Positions 7,652-16,886 of a stretch of 53,346 nt of DNA are shown here, piece by piece. The DNA lies in the NCBI GenBank assembly GCA_027309555.1, contig DAIDCO010000006.1:1-53346 (forward strand). Reading direction: 5' to 3'. Every line of letters begins with the position of its first letter. The stretch's first letter is position 1. The notes under the pieces are model-generated. The model saw nothing but the letters and a program-made list of their open reading frames with translations. It did not search any database and was not told the origin of the DNA. This DNA is from a bacterium. GTDB lineage: Archaea > Thermoplasmatota > Thermoplasmata > Lutacidiplasmatales > UBA184. The translations under genes were made by a program, and so were the position numbers.

Positions 7652-9657
7652 GCCGCGCGGAGGACACCTCGCAGCGCCCGACCGACCTTCCACCGACGCC
7701 GGTCACGACTCGCCTCGGGCGACTGGTCCGGTCCCCGGTCCCCTACCTCTTGGCCGCGGTCGTTCTCTTCGCGGCCGGCTTCACGTACCTCACGTTCCTG
7801 CGCCTCGACTCCTTCCACAGCTCGATCAATGACCTCGGCGCGTTCAACCAGGTCTACTGGATCACGCTCCACGGCGGACCGAACAGCTGGCAAGCGACCC
7901 AATCGGCGACGTTCTACTCGAGCTACCCGTGGCAGAGCCTGGTCTTCGTCGTGATGCTCCCGGCGTACGCGGCGTTCCCCGACCCCCACACCCTCCTCGT
8001 GGGGCAAGGCATCGCGGTCCCGCTCGCCGCCTTGCCGATCTACCTCTTGGCGCGACGCTACCGGTTCTCTCCCTGGATGTCGTTCGGATTCGCCGGTCTG
8101 TACCTCCTCAACTATCAGGTCGAGTCGGCCGCCCTGAACGACTATCACCTGCAGGTCTTCTTTCCCGTGCTCTTCTTCTCGATGGTCCTCGCCTACGAGG
8201 CTCGCTGGAAGTGGGCGTTCGTGGTGCTCGCGTTCCTCGCGATGACCGTGAATCCCCTGACCCTCGGCGTGGTGCTCGCCTTCCTCGTCGCCCAGATGGT
8301 CCGCTCGGGAAGGCTCCGACGGAGCTGGGCGAGCCTCGCGAGAACGCTCCGCTCGCTGGCGAACCCTCGCTCGGCCGAGCCGTACGTGCTGGCCCTCGGG
8401 ATCGCCCTCTTCGCCTTCGAGGTGGCGAGCGGGTCGATCGCGGGATACCACGTCGGCGTCTCCTCCACCCAGGGGGGCGCCCCGCACTACTCGGCCACGG
8501 TGGAGACCCGTCTCGTCTTCCTTGCCATGACGTTCCTCCCCTTCCTCGGAGTAGCGTTCCTCACCTGGGAATCGCTCCTCACGGCGATCCCGCTCCTCGC
8601 GTTCCTCGGGGTCGCGGACCCGAGCTACTTCCACTTCGTCGGGCACCAGGACGCGTTCGAGTACCTGACGGTCGGCTTGTGGGGGCTCATGGTCTTCTCC
8701 CGCGACCGGTGGCTCCCGTACTGGGAAGCACGCCGTGCGGCGCCGCCCTCGCGGTTTCGCTCGCGACGGGCGCGCGCCTGGGGACGGGCCCCCGGGCTCC
8801 TCGGGGTGGCCGTCGCGGTAACGGCGGTCCTCTTCGCCGCGTTCTCTCCCCTCGCTCCCGGGACGAGTCAGCGGGGGTATCTCGGCACGATCAACGAGCT
8901 TCCCGGCCAGTTCGCGGGCCCGTCCACCGCCGACCGCTTCCTCGCGCAGACGATCGCGCTCGTTCCGTCCAATGCCTCGGTGCTCACCCAGAACAACGTC
9001 GTCCAGCTCACCGGCCGTCCGGCCTTCAATTGGGCGTTTCCGGGGAAACCCGGCACCATTCGCCCCCTGAACTATACGTACATCATCGCCGACGACTCGT
9101 CGGACTCGGTGGCGCAGTTCTGGTATGCCTATCTCGAGCCGTACGTCACTGCCGCGAGCCAATCGGGCGCCTTCGGGGTCTTCTCGATCGGGTACGGGAT
9201 CCTCGGGCTCGAGCAGGGATTCCACGGTCCCCCGCTCCTCCTCGGCCCGACGTTCTTTCCCGCGCGGTCGCTCCCCCTCTACTCCGGGCACTTGCAGGGG
9301 AACGTCGCGATCCACCCGGCGGCGAACGACTTTTCGTTCTGGTACGGTCCGTACCTGAGTCTCCCCGCCGGGAACTTCACGGTCACCTTCCAGCTGATGG
9401 TCACGAACGTCACCTCGGCGTCCGCCACGATCCTCGCGCTCGCCGTCTACAACTGGACCGGGGGCAGCGTGCACCCCTACCGGGAGGTCGGACTGACGGC
9501 GTCCGCGTTCGGCGCGGTCGGAGTCTGGGAGTACCTCCGCCTCAACTTCACGCTCCCCGTCGCCGCGTCGCACCTCGAGTTCGGCGGGCTGTTCCCGTCC
9601 CAGGTCGCGACGATCTACTTCGCGGGGGAGACCCTGACCGTGGACCGGCTCACGTGA
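7648..9657 (+). CDS. polytopic membrane protein, DUF2079-like, with a large sequon-rich C-terminal extracytoplasmic domain
   Basis: ORF 7543..9657 trimmed to ATG 7648, which overlaps the upstream stop (ATGA). Many TM helices cover roughly the first 400 aa. A soluble tail of about 250 aa carries NAS, NYT, NFT, NVT, NWT and NFT sequons. Confidence 0.7.
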   Translation: MSRAEDTSQRPTDLPPTPVTTRLGRLVRSPVPYLLAAVVLFAAGFTYLTFLRLDSFHSSINDLGAFNQVYWITLHGGPNSWQATQSATFYSSYPWQSLVFVVMLPAYAAFPDPHTLLVGQGIAVPLAALPIYLLARRYRFSPWMSFGFAGLYLLNYQVESAALNDYHLQVFFPVLFFSMVLAYEARWKWAFVVLAFLAMTVNPLTLGVVLAFLVAQMVRSGRLRRSWASLARTLRSLANPRSAEPYVLALGIALFAFEVASGSIAGYHVGVSSTQGGAPHYSATVETRLVFLAMTFLPFLGVAFLTWESLLTAIPLLAFLGVADPSYFHFVGHQDAFEYLTVGLWGLMVFSRDRWLPYWEARRAAPPSRFRSRRARAWGRAPGLLGVAVAVTAVLFAAFSPLAPGTSQRGYLGTINELPGQFAGPSTADRFLAQTIALVPSNASVLTQNNVVQLTGRPAFNWAFPGKPGTIRPLNYTYIIADDSSDSVAQFWYAYLEPYVTAASQSGAFGVFSIGYGILGLEQGFHGPPLLLGPTFFPARSLPLYSGHLQGNVAIHPAANDFSFWYGPYLSLPAGNFTVTFQLMVTNVTSASATILALAVYNWTGGSVHPYREVGLTASAFGAVGVWEYLRLNFTLPVAASHLEFGGLFPSQVATIYFAGETLTVDRLT

Positions 9658-10786
9658 GCGGCGACGCGGGTCCCCCGGCGCCGGGGGTGGGGGGCCCGCC
9701 CGCGAGCCGCCCGAGATCGCAGACGAAACGTTCCCAGGAGAATCGCGCGGCGAAGGCGTTTTGGCGGGCGACGAGCGAGGCGCGCAGCTCCGCGTCGTCG
9801 AGGACGCGCCGCACCCCCGCCGCAAGCGCCTCCGGGGTCGAGGGCGTGAGGACGACACCGGCTCCGAGCTCCGCGAGCCAACGGAACTCGGGCAGGTCGG
9901 TCGCCACCACCGGCAGGCCCGCCGAGGCGATCCGCGAGAACATCGCGCTGCCCCCCTGCGTCGCGCGGTAGGGCAACAATGCGACCGTCGAGCCCGTGAG
10001 CAGCCGTTCGAGCTCGGCGTCCGGGACGCGACCGTGGACCCGGATCCCCACCGCGCGCAAACGGGCCTCGAGGAGCGTGAGGTTCCGGCGGTAGGCGGGG
10101 TCCCGCTCCCGGAGAACCCGATGCGGGCCCCCGACGACGTCGATCGGTATCCGTTCGGGAACGAGGGAACGGATGGCCGGGAGGCGTTCGTGGCCCTTGT
10201 ACGGCGAGAGATACCCCGGAACCACGATCCCGAGGGCGGGGTCCTGCGGCGAGCCGACGCCCCTCCCCGGAGCGCAGGGAAGGGGCGTGAGGAGCGCGGG
10301 CGGGGTGTGATAGCGGCTCCGGAGGAGCTCGCCGACCGTCCGACTGAACGCCACGAGCTTCGCGCCCGTCACGTGCGCGACCGCCCAGTGAGCCCCGACC
10401 CGGACCCAGGGGGGGACCGGATAGCCCGTGGTCTCGGCGTCCATCGCTTCGATGAGATTGTGGACGAGGACGATCGTCTCGGGACCGGTGCGGCGGACCC
10501 GGCGCGAGAGGTGAAAGTACCCGACGAGGTTGCGAAGCGCGGACGAGCCCCACGCCGTCAGCCCGAGGTTGATGATCGCCGGTCCGTTCCACGCGCGGAC
10601 CTCCCGGAGCTGGGAGCGCTCGTGGTGACCGTCCGGGTCGGTCTCGAGGTACGTGACGGGACCGCCGAGACGGGCCCGGAGCTCGAGGCCGAAGTCCCCT
10701 ATCCCAGTGGCACGGTAGTTGTTGAGGAGGAGCGTGCCGCCCGCCGGTCGCGGGGTCGGGTCAACTTCGGGTATGGTTCGTAACAT
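9650..10786 (-). CDS. GT-B fold glycosyltransferase (GT1/GT4-like)
   Basis: 378 aa with a two-Rossmann layout. C-terminal region LLPYRATQGGSAMFSRIASAGLPVVATDLPEF. Overlaps the upstream GT2 stop by 26 nt. Confidence 0.75.
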   Translation of the reverse strand: MLRTIPEVDPTPRPAGGTLLLNNYRATGIGDFGLELRARLGGPVTYLETDPDGHHERSQLREVRAWNGPAIINLGLTAWGSSALRNLVGYFHLSRRVRRTGPETIVLVHNLIEAMDAETTGYPVPPWVRVGAHWAVAHVTGAKLVAFSRTVGELLRSRYHTPPALLTPLPCAPGRGVGSPQDPALGIVVPGYLSPYKGHERLPAIRSLVPERIPIDVVGGPHRVLRERDPAYRRNLTLLEARLRAVGIRVHGRVPDAELERLLTGSTVALLPYRATQGGSAMFSRIASAGLPVVATDLPEFRWLAELGAGVVLTPSTPEALAAGVRRVLDDAELRASLVARQNAFAARFSWERFVCDLGRLAGGPPTPGAGGPASPLT

Positions 10787-11681
10787 TCGGGGTGGACCGG
10801 CTCGTGGGGACGGGCCGGGAGCGGGCTCGCTCCTCGTCGAGGCGGGCCCGCAGGCGGAGGAGGCCGCTCCCGTGGAGGTAGATGTCCGAAGCGAGTCGGC
10901 CCCAACGGGTGCGCTTGACCTTGGTCTCGGTCCAGACGACCGGCATCTCGACGACCGGGATGCCCGCGCGATGGGCGAGGATCAGCATCTCGGTGTCCCA
11001 GAACCAGGAGTCTTCCCGAGAGAGCGGCAAAAGGCGGTGAACGGTGGAGGCGCTGAATGCCTTGAGCCCGCACTGGTGGTCCTGGATCGGCTCCTCGAAG
11101 GTGAGCCGGAGGAGACGGTTGTAGGCCTGGGAGACCAGGGAACGTACGGGAGGGCGGGAGAGCTGAGCGCCGGGCGCGTAGCGGGACCCGACCACGACCT
11201 CCTCTCCCGCGAGCACGCGGCGGACCGCGGTCACGACCGCTTCCGCCCCGGCGGCGAGGTCGGCGTCGGTGAAACAGTACACGTCCGCAGACTCCTTTGA
11301 CCAGAGCATCCGGAGGGCCCGACCCCGACCGAGGGCGCGGGGGCTTTCCTGGACGAGCAGCGAAGGGAGGCGTTCCCGCAGCTCGGCGAGGACCTTCTGG
11401 CTCCCGTCGGTCGACCCGTCCTCCGCGACGGCCAGGCGGTACGCGAGCCCCGAACGGTCCAGGACCCGCACGAGCTCGAGGATCGACGCCGCGAGTCGGG
11501 GGGCCTCGTTGCGTACCGGGACCGAGATGAGCACTCGGGGATGCGAGGCTTCGACTCCCGTCGCCTCCGGTCCGCGGGGGAGGGGGAAACGGGACCGCTC
11601 CATGGGCGAGGCGTTCGCGGGGGAAGGGCGCAGAATGTCGAGCGAGGGAACCTCGCCCAGGGGCCGGTACATCGCGTCCAT
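10761..11681 (-). CDS. family 2 glycosyltransferase (polyprenyl-phosphate sugar transferase-like)
   Basis: ORF 10761..11765 trimmed, because AT-rich TATA-like boxes at 11701..11733 lie inside the long version. Motifs: VLISVPVRNEAPRL, AEDGSTDGS, FTDADL. Start is ATG 11681 or 11672. Confidence 0.8.
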   Translation of the reverse strand: MDAMYRPLGEVPSLDILRPSPANASPMERSRFPLPRGPEATGVEASHPRVLISVPVRNEAPRLAASILELVRVLDRSGLAYRLAVAEDGSTDGSQKVLAELRERLPSLLVQESPRALGRGRALRMLWSKESADVYCFTDADLAAGAEAVVTAVRRVLAGEEVVVGSRYAPGAQLSRPPVRSLVSQAYNRLLRLTFEEPIQDHQCGLKAFSASTVHRLLPLSREDSWFWDTEMLILAHRAGIPVVEMPVVWTETKVKRTRWGRLASDIYLHGSGLLRLRARLDEERARSRPVPTSRSTPNVTNHTRS

Positions 11682-11962
11682 GTTCCGAACAGTTCCGAGG
11701 GTATAATTCGAACCGGGGCACCCCCTATTATAGTTGGGTATCGAATTCGTTTTGCCGTGCGTCACCTCGACACGGCCGCCCCTGCCGGGCCGAGGGCCAG
11801 GGTCCGGAGCTCTTCACCCGCATTCCCCCGGACCGTCGCCGACGCGAGAGAACCACGCTCCTGTACGCCGCGTGACCCCCTGCTAGGTCCGTCGGCCTAT
11901 CCGTACGTACGCCACGTACGACATCACACCGGCCTCGGGAAGCGGCCCGGGCGCTCGACGGC

Positions 11963-12910
11963 TCACGCGGCCCGTTCGGCCTCGCGCCAGTACTCGAGAG
12001 AGTCGGCGATCGTGCGGTCGATGGGATAGGTCGGGCTGTATCCCAGGCCCCGCAGGCGCGAAATGTCGGCCCGGTTCTCCGGCTCGTCGGTGGGCCGGAA
12101 GAGCGCCGGATCGGGCGTGATCTCGATCGGGACGCGCGCGATGCGGACGAGGGCCTCGGCGAACGAGCGGATCGAGTAGTTCTCCCCGGCTCCTACGTTA
12201 ACCGGCGAGCGGGGGTCCCCCACTTCGAAGACCGTCCACACCGCGCGCACCACGTCCCGGATGTCGGAGACGTCGCGTCGCGTGTCGAGGTTTCCGACCT
12301 TGAGCGGTCCGGCGCTGCCGGTCTTCTCGATCCGGGCGACCTGGCGGGCAAAGTCGTTCAGCGCGTCGCCGGTCTTGCCCGGCCCGGTCGTCCCGAACAG
12401 GCGCGCCCGCACGATCCGCAGCCCGAAGTTGAGCGAGTACTGCAACGACAGCATGTCCTGGGCGGCTTTCGAGACCCCGTACGGGTTCGTCGGGTTCAAC
12501 GCAAAATCCTCGGAGATCGGGAGTCGTGGCGGCACCCCGTAGGCGGCGGCGGAGGCGGCGAGGAGCGTCCCCTTCGCCGGCGGCGCGTTGCGGAGGGCTT
12601 CGTAGAGATAGATCGTTCCGAGGACGTTCGTCCGAAACGTGTCGGCCGGGTCCCGCCACGCCTTCTGGGCATACGCCTGGGCGGCGAGGTGGAACACGCC
12701 GTCGGGGCGGAGGTCGGTGACGAGGCGCTCGACGGCGGCGCGGTCCTGCATGTCGAGCCGCTCCCAGCGGATCCCCGAGCGGGGCAGGTCGCGTGCGGTG
12801 AGCTCCTGCGTGCTGAGATAGGTGCCCACGACCTCGTGCCCGAGCTCCCGGGCGTAGGTCGAGAGGTGGCGCCCGATGAACCCCGAGGCGCCGGTGATGA
12901 GGATCAGCAT
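11963..12910 (-). CDS. NAD-dependent sugar-nucleotide epimerase/reductase, GDP-4-keto-6-deoxy-D-mannose reductase (Rmd)-like
   Basis: ORF 11963..13108 trimmed to ATG 12910. Motifs: MLILITGASGFIGRHL (Rossmann), YGVSKAAQD (YxxxK). The C-terminal half is collinear with Rmd/GDP-6-deoxy-hexose reductases as I recall them. gmd is in the same cluster. Confidence 0.8.
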   Translation of the reverse strand: MLILITGASGFIGRHLSTYARELGHEVVGTYLSTQELTARDLPRSGIRWERLDMQDRAAVERLVTDLRPDGVFHLAAQAYAQKAWRDPADTFRTNVLGTIYLYEALRNAPPAKGTLLAASAAAYGVPPRLPISEDFALNPTNPYGVSKAAQDMLSLQYSLNFGLRIVRARLFGTTGPGKTGDALNDFARQVARIEKTGSAGPLKVGNLDTRRDVSDIRDVVRAVWTVFEVGDPRSPVNVGAGENYSIRSFAEALVRIARVPIEITPDPALFRPTDEPENRADISRLRGLGYSPTYPIDRTIADSLEYWREAERAA

Positions 12911-13079
12911 GGGGGCGGTCCCGGCCGGGCGCGTGGGTGCGACCCAGTCCGAGCGGGTTCCGGGCGGTTCCCGGGGGTACTCGGCAGCGTCTTCCCTCCC
13001 CGGCAGGAGGAGCGGACCGGCGTTATAGACCTTCCCGGCACGGGCGGGCGAGCGGCCTTCCGGGCGCCTCCACGGCCCG

Positions 13080-13880
13080 TCAGCGGTCCGAACCCGCCGC
13101 GGGGGCACCGGTCTCGGGGACCGGTACGCGGCTCGCGGGTCGACTTCGCAGGAGCGAGCGGAGACGGCGGGCGAGCGACAGCTCGGAAACGAAGATGCGC
13201 ACGAACCCGAGCCCCTCGGTGACCTTGCTCGTGCCGCTCGCGCGGGGTTCGAAGCGGAATCCGACCTCCGTCACCCTCTTGCCCTCGGCCATGACGAGCA
13301 CGAAGAGGAGGAGCTTGTAGCCCCGGTAGAGAGGGTCGAGGGGGACCCATATCTCCCGGCGAAAGGCGAAGTACCCCGAGACGGGGTCGGAAACCCGGCG
13401 GCTCGGCGGCAGGAGAAGGCGGGCGGCCCACTCGGCGCCGCGCGAGATCAACCATCGGGAGATCGTGCGCGGCCCCGCCGCGCCTCCCGGAGCGTACCGG
13501 CTCGCCACGACGAGCGCGCTTCCCCGCTCGAGCTCGCGGACCATGGCCGGCACGAGCGACGGGGGGTGTTGGAGGTCCGCGTCCATCACGACGACGTACG
13601 CTCCCTGCGCGGTCGAGATCCCCTGGCACTGGGCCCGCAACGTCGTCTGCTTCCCGTCGTGATACACGGGCCGCAGCCGAGGGTCCGACCGCGCGGCCGC
13701 AGAGAGGACTTCGCGCGTCCCGTCGGTGCTCCCGTCATCGACGATGATCACCTCGAACGAGGGGAGTTCCTGCGCGCGGAGCCCGTCGAGCAGCACCGGA
13801 AGATTCGCCCGCTCGTTGAACGTGGCCAGCACGATGGAGACCTTCGGAGGGGAGCCGTGCGGCCCGTCGATCGTTCCCAT
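13080..13880 (-). CDS. dolichyl/polyprenyl-phosphate glycosyltransferase (DPM1/Ppm1-like GT2)
   Basis: ORF 13080..14570 trimmed to ATG 13880. Motifs: KVSIVLATFNERANL, IIVDDGSTDGT, VMDADLQHPP. Confidence 0.85.
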   Translation of the reverse strand: MGTIDGPHGSPPKVSIVLATFNERANLPVLLDGLRAQELPSFEVIIVDDGSTDGTREVLSAAARSDPRLRPVYHDGKQTTLRAQCQGISTAQGAYVVVMDADLQHPPSLVPAMVRELERGSALVVASRYAPGGAAGPRTISRWLISRGAEWAARLLLPPSRRVSDPVSGYFAFRREIWVPLDPLYRGYKLLLFVLVMAEGKRVTEVGFRFEPRASGTSKVTEGLGFVRIFVSELSLARRLRSLLRSRPASRVPVPETGAPAAGSDR

Positions 13881-13891
13881 TCGATCCGCCC

Positions 13892-14938
13892 CTAGCTGGC
13901 CCCGCGGACCGACCAGGTCTGGAGCCCGTTCATTTCGAAGGAGAAGTCGGTCACGCTCCCCCCGGCCGAGACGACGGCGTTCGCGACGTCCGCCCTCCGG
14001 GCAAAGTCGCAGAACAGGAGCATGTAGCCGCCGCCTCCCGCGCCGAGGAGCTTGCCGCCGAGCGCGCCGGCCCCCCGGGCGCGAGCGTAGAGCGTATCGA
14101 TGCGAGGGTTCGAGATCCCCGGGGTGAACTGCTGCTTGAACTTCCACCCCTCGTCGAGCAGGCGACCCATCTCGTCGATGTTCCCGCGCAGGAGCTCGCG
14201 CTTCATGTCGACGGCGAGCCGACGGCTCGCGTCGAGCGCCGCGACCGTCTCCTCCCGCCGTTCGGTGTAGTTCCGCTGCTGCTGCTCGATGATGTCGTTC
14301 GAGAAGTGACCCGACCCCGTGTAGCAGAGCAACAGGCGGTAGGCGAGCTCGTTCAGAACGTCGGGCTGGATCTTGAGGGGGTTCACGATCGTGCGGTCCC
14401 GCTCGAACTCGAGGTAGTTGAACCCGCCGAAGGCGGCGGCGTACTGGTCCTGTCGACCCCCCTTGATCCCGAGCTCCTCCCGCTCGATACGGTACGCCAG
14501 CTCCGCGACCTCGTAGGCGGTCCGCGGCTCCCGCAGGTACCGCTGGAACGCGCCCACGAGTGCGACGCACATCGTCGACGAGCCTCCGAGGCCGGTGCCC
14601 GCCGGAGCGTCGGAGTGCAGGAACAACCGCAGATTCTCCTCGGCGCCGTGGCCCGCGACGGCGGGCCGCAGCACCTTGAGCGCGGCCTTGACCAGGTCGA
14701 GCTCCCCGTTGTACAGCAGGTCGGACGGTTTCTGATAGAGGATCTTCTGGTTGTAGTCGAGCGATTCCACCGTCGTGCTCCCCGCGCGACCCGGGACGAC
14801 CTCGAGCGTCGCGAAGGCGAACCGATCGATCGTGCAGTTCAGGACCGCCCCTCCCTTCTCCTCCGGGTAGGGAGAGACGTCCGTCCCACCTCCCGCGAAG
14901 CTGATCCGCAGCGGCGCCTTGCTGCGAAGAATCTGCAT
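13892..14938 (-). CDS. GHMP-family sugar kinase (COG2605 type, heptose-7-P / fucose kinase-like)
   Basis: The C-terminal 348 aa of composite ORF 13892..16963. Motifs: RISFAGGGTDV, PAGTGLGGSSTMCVA (GHMP motif II), GGKLLGAGGGGY. ATG 14938 lies 23 nt after a GGTTAAAG box. Confidence 0.85.
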   Translation of the reverse strand: MQILRSKAPLRISFAGGGTDVSPYPEEKGGAVLNCTIDRFAFATLEVVPGRAGSTTVESLDYNQKILYQKPSDLLYNGELDLVKAALKVLRPAVAGHGAEENLRLFLHSDAPAGTGLGGSSTMCVALVGAFQRYLREPRTAYEVAELAYRIEREELGIKGGRQDQYAAAFGGFNYLEFERDRTIVNPLKIQPDVLNELAYRLLLCYTGSGHFSNDIIEQQQRNYTERREETVAALDASRRLAVDMKRELLRGNIDEMGRLLDEGWKFKQQFTPGISNPRIDTLYARARGAGALGGKLLGAGGGGYMLLFCDFARRADVANAVVSAGGSVTDFSFEMNGLQTWSVRGAS

Positions 14939-14961
14939 CGACCGAGGACGGGAGGTAGCGA

Positions 14962-14969
14962 CTTTAACC
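14962..14969 (-). promoter_or_regulatory. TATA-like box GGTTAAAG, 23 nt upstream of GHMP-kinase ATG 14938
   Basis: Read on the complement strand. Preceded by purine-rich GAAA, which is BRE-like. Confidence 0.5.
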
Positions 14970-15003
14970 TTTCCTCGGGGACGCGCCGGCTCGGCGGTGG
15001 ACG

Positions 15004-15684
15004 CTAGCTCGACCGCGTCGGCAACGAGGCGGGGGCGTACCGGGGGAGCCGGTAGAGATGGACCCCCTCGGCCACGGCCCACAGAAGGATCGGCGCGACG
15101 ATCAGACGCTCCATGCCGCCGGGGCCCAATCCGAGAAACAGCCCGGCCGGGCCTCCGTAGGTCCCCGCGCTGAACAGCACGATCGCGAAGATCGTGATAC
15201 CTCCGCACAGGACCGTGAACGGTCGCGAGGACCCCCACCGCGCGGCGGGAACCATGGCGAACGAGACGACGACGAGGCCGAGGCCGGCGCCGAGGAAGGC
15301 GACCAAGGAGACGATGTCGTGCATGTGGCCGTTGAGGACCGGCGTCGTCTCGGGAAAGACCCCGACTCCGATCGCGCCGATCCCACCGATCAGGAGCAGG
15401 CTGAGGCCGGCGCCCCGGCTCGGTCGGTCGTCGAACGCCGACCAGATGAGGAGCGCACCGACGACCGCGCAGAGGCCGAGCAGGATGACCGAGGCATCGA
15501 ACACGAGCGCCCACGGGGAGTTCGCCCCGCCAAGGTCGCTGATGAAGTTCTGGGTGAGGCTGTAGTTCGGATACTGCGTCTGGACGACCGCCATCCCGAC
15601 GAGGAACTCGAGCCCCCCGAAGATCAGGACGGCCGCACCGGAGCGTACGGCGCGATGCACCATGGGTCCGGCTTCGTGGTTCAC
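15004..15684 (-). CDS. integral membrane protein, DUF998-like
   Basis: 226 aa with about 6 TM helices and a QNFISDLGG motif. Start is GTG 15684 or ATG 15663. Confidence 0.6.
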   Translation of the reverse strand: MNHEAGPMVHRAVRSGAAVLIFGGLEFLVGMAVVQTQYPNYSLTQNFISDLGGANSPWALVFDASVILLGLCAVVGALLIWSAFDDRPSRGAGLSLLLIGGIGAIGVGVFPETTPVLNGHMHDIVSLVAFLGAGLGLVVVSFAMVPAARWGSSRPFTVLCGGITIFAIVLFSAGTYGGPAGLFLGLGPGGMERLIVAPILLWAVAEGVHLYRLPRYAPASLPTRSS

Positions 15685-15866
15685 GCCTCTCGTCCCCGTC
15701 CGCCGGGCCTCCCGGGGGAGCGTGCGGCGCTTCGCCTCTTAGTCCTTGCGGCCGACCGGCAGCGAGTGCCCTGGGGGGGCTGAGGGTCGTGTACCGGGAC
15801 GCGTTCGAGGATCCTCCTGCGCCTTCTCCGGCCGCGCTCCGCTCCACCCGACCCCGCGCTGGCGGA

Positions 15867-15876
15867 AAGATATAGG
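15867..15876 (+). promoter_or_regulatory. TATA-like box AAGATATAGG, 23 nt upstream of GTG 15899
   Basis: The only AT-rich element in the 15685..15898 divergent gap. It supports the trimmed start. Confidence 0.5.
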
Positions 15877-15898
15877 CGTGGGTCTCGTTCCCCGCTCC

Positions 15899-16858
15899 GT
15901 GCGGATCCGGGCCGTGCTTCCACCGTTCCTTCCGCTCGAGGAGATCGAACGCCGCGTCCACGCGGTACTGCCTGAGGTGGAGGTGGTGACGTCGGTCGAG
16001 GCCGCCGGGCGGTACCGACCCGAGGAGATCGAGGTCCTGATCCTGACCACGTTTCACGGGCTGCCGGCGGAGACCGTGGAGCGACTCGGCGCCCTCCGAT
16101 TCGTCCAGGTCGCGAGCACGGGGTACGACCGCGTCGACCTCGACGCCTGCCGTTCCCGGGGCATCGGGGTCTCGAACATACCGGTCGCGAACTCGAAGAC
16201 CGTCGCCGAACACGTCGTCCTCTTCGCCCTCGCCCTCTTGCGCGACCTGCGGGGGCTCGACGCCGACCTCCGCAAGGGCGAATGGCCGAGGCTGACCGGG
16301 GCGAACGACCTCGCCGGCAAGGTCTTCGGGATCGCGGGAATGGGCCGGATCGGTCGGGAGCTCGCGGCGCGGCTCGTTCCGTTCGAAACCTCGACCATCT
16401 ACACCGACATCGTGCCGCTCGCTCCCGAGGAGGAGCGTCGGCTCGGCCTCACGCGGGTCAGCTGGGACGACCTCCTCGCCGAGTCGGATATCCTCTCGCT
16501 CCACCTGCCGCTCACCGACCGGACTCGGAACCTGGTCGACGCGCCGGCGTTCGCGCGGATGAAGGACCAGGCGATCTTCATCAATACGGCCCGGGCCGAG
16601 CTCGTCGACCCTGAGGCGCTCTGCCGCGCGGTGTCCGACGGTCGGCTCCGGGCCGGGATCGACGTCTACCCGTCGGAGCCCCCCGACCTCACCGACCCGG
16701 TCTTCCGCGCCCCGAACGCGCTCTGGACGCCGCACATCGCCGGCGTGACGTTCGAGGCCCAGCAACGGTTCCTTGAGGAGACGGTGAAGAACGTGCTTCG
16801 CTACGTGCAGGGAAAGGAACCGCTCTACCGCGTCGACACGCCGGGAGCCGCGCCGTAG
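15899..16858 (+). CDS. D-isomer-specific 2-hydroxyacid dehydrogenase
   Basis: ORF 15746..16858 trimmed to GTG 15899, which lies 23 nt after AAGATATAGG. NAD loop GIAGMGRIGRELAARL and catalytic-His region WTPHIAG. Confidence 0.85.
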   Translation: MRIRAVLPPFLPLEEIERRVHAVLPEVEVVTSVEAAGRYRPEEIEVLILTTFHGLPAETVERLGALRFVQVASTGYDRVDLDACRSRGIGVSNIPVANSKTVAEHVVLFALALLRDLRGLDADLRKGEWPRLTGANDLAGKVFGIAGMGRIGRELAARLVPFETSTIYTDIVPLAPEEERRLGLTRVSWDDLLAESDILSLHLPLTDRTRNLVDAPAFARMKDQAIFINTARAELVDPEALCRAVSDGRLRAGIDVYPSEPPDLTDPVFRAPNALWTPHIAGVTFEAQQRFLEETVKNVLRYVQGKEPLYRVDTPGAAP

Positions 16859-16886
16859 GAGCTCCGTCGGGTCCGGATTCTTCTGC

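Noticed and set aside
7450-9858. 802-aa ORF on the complement strand opposite the DUF2079-like gene
   Set aside because: It is extremely Arg/Gly/Glu/Pro-rich with no recognisable motif, and it lies wholly antisense to a gene with clear membrane-protein periodicity. This is a typical shadow ORF of stop-poor GC-rich DNA.
11701-11745. GGTTCGAAT-like string (complement) reminiscent of a tRNA T-loop
   Set aside because: The flanking bases cannot form a T-stem, and no acceptor or anticodon arms can be drawn. The AT-rich strings here are better explained as TATA-like boxes for the GT2 gene.
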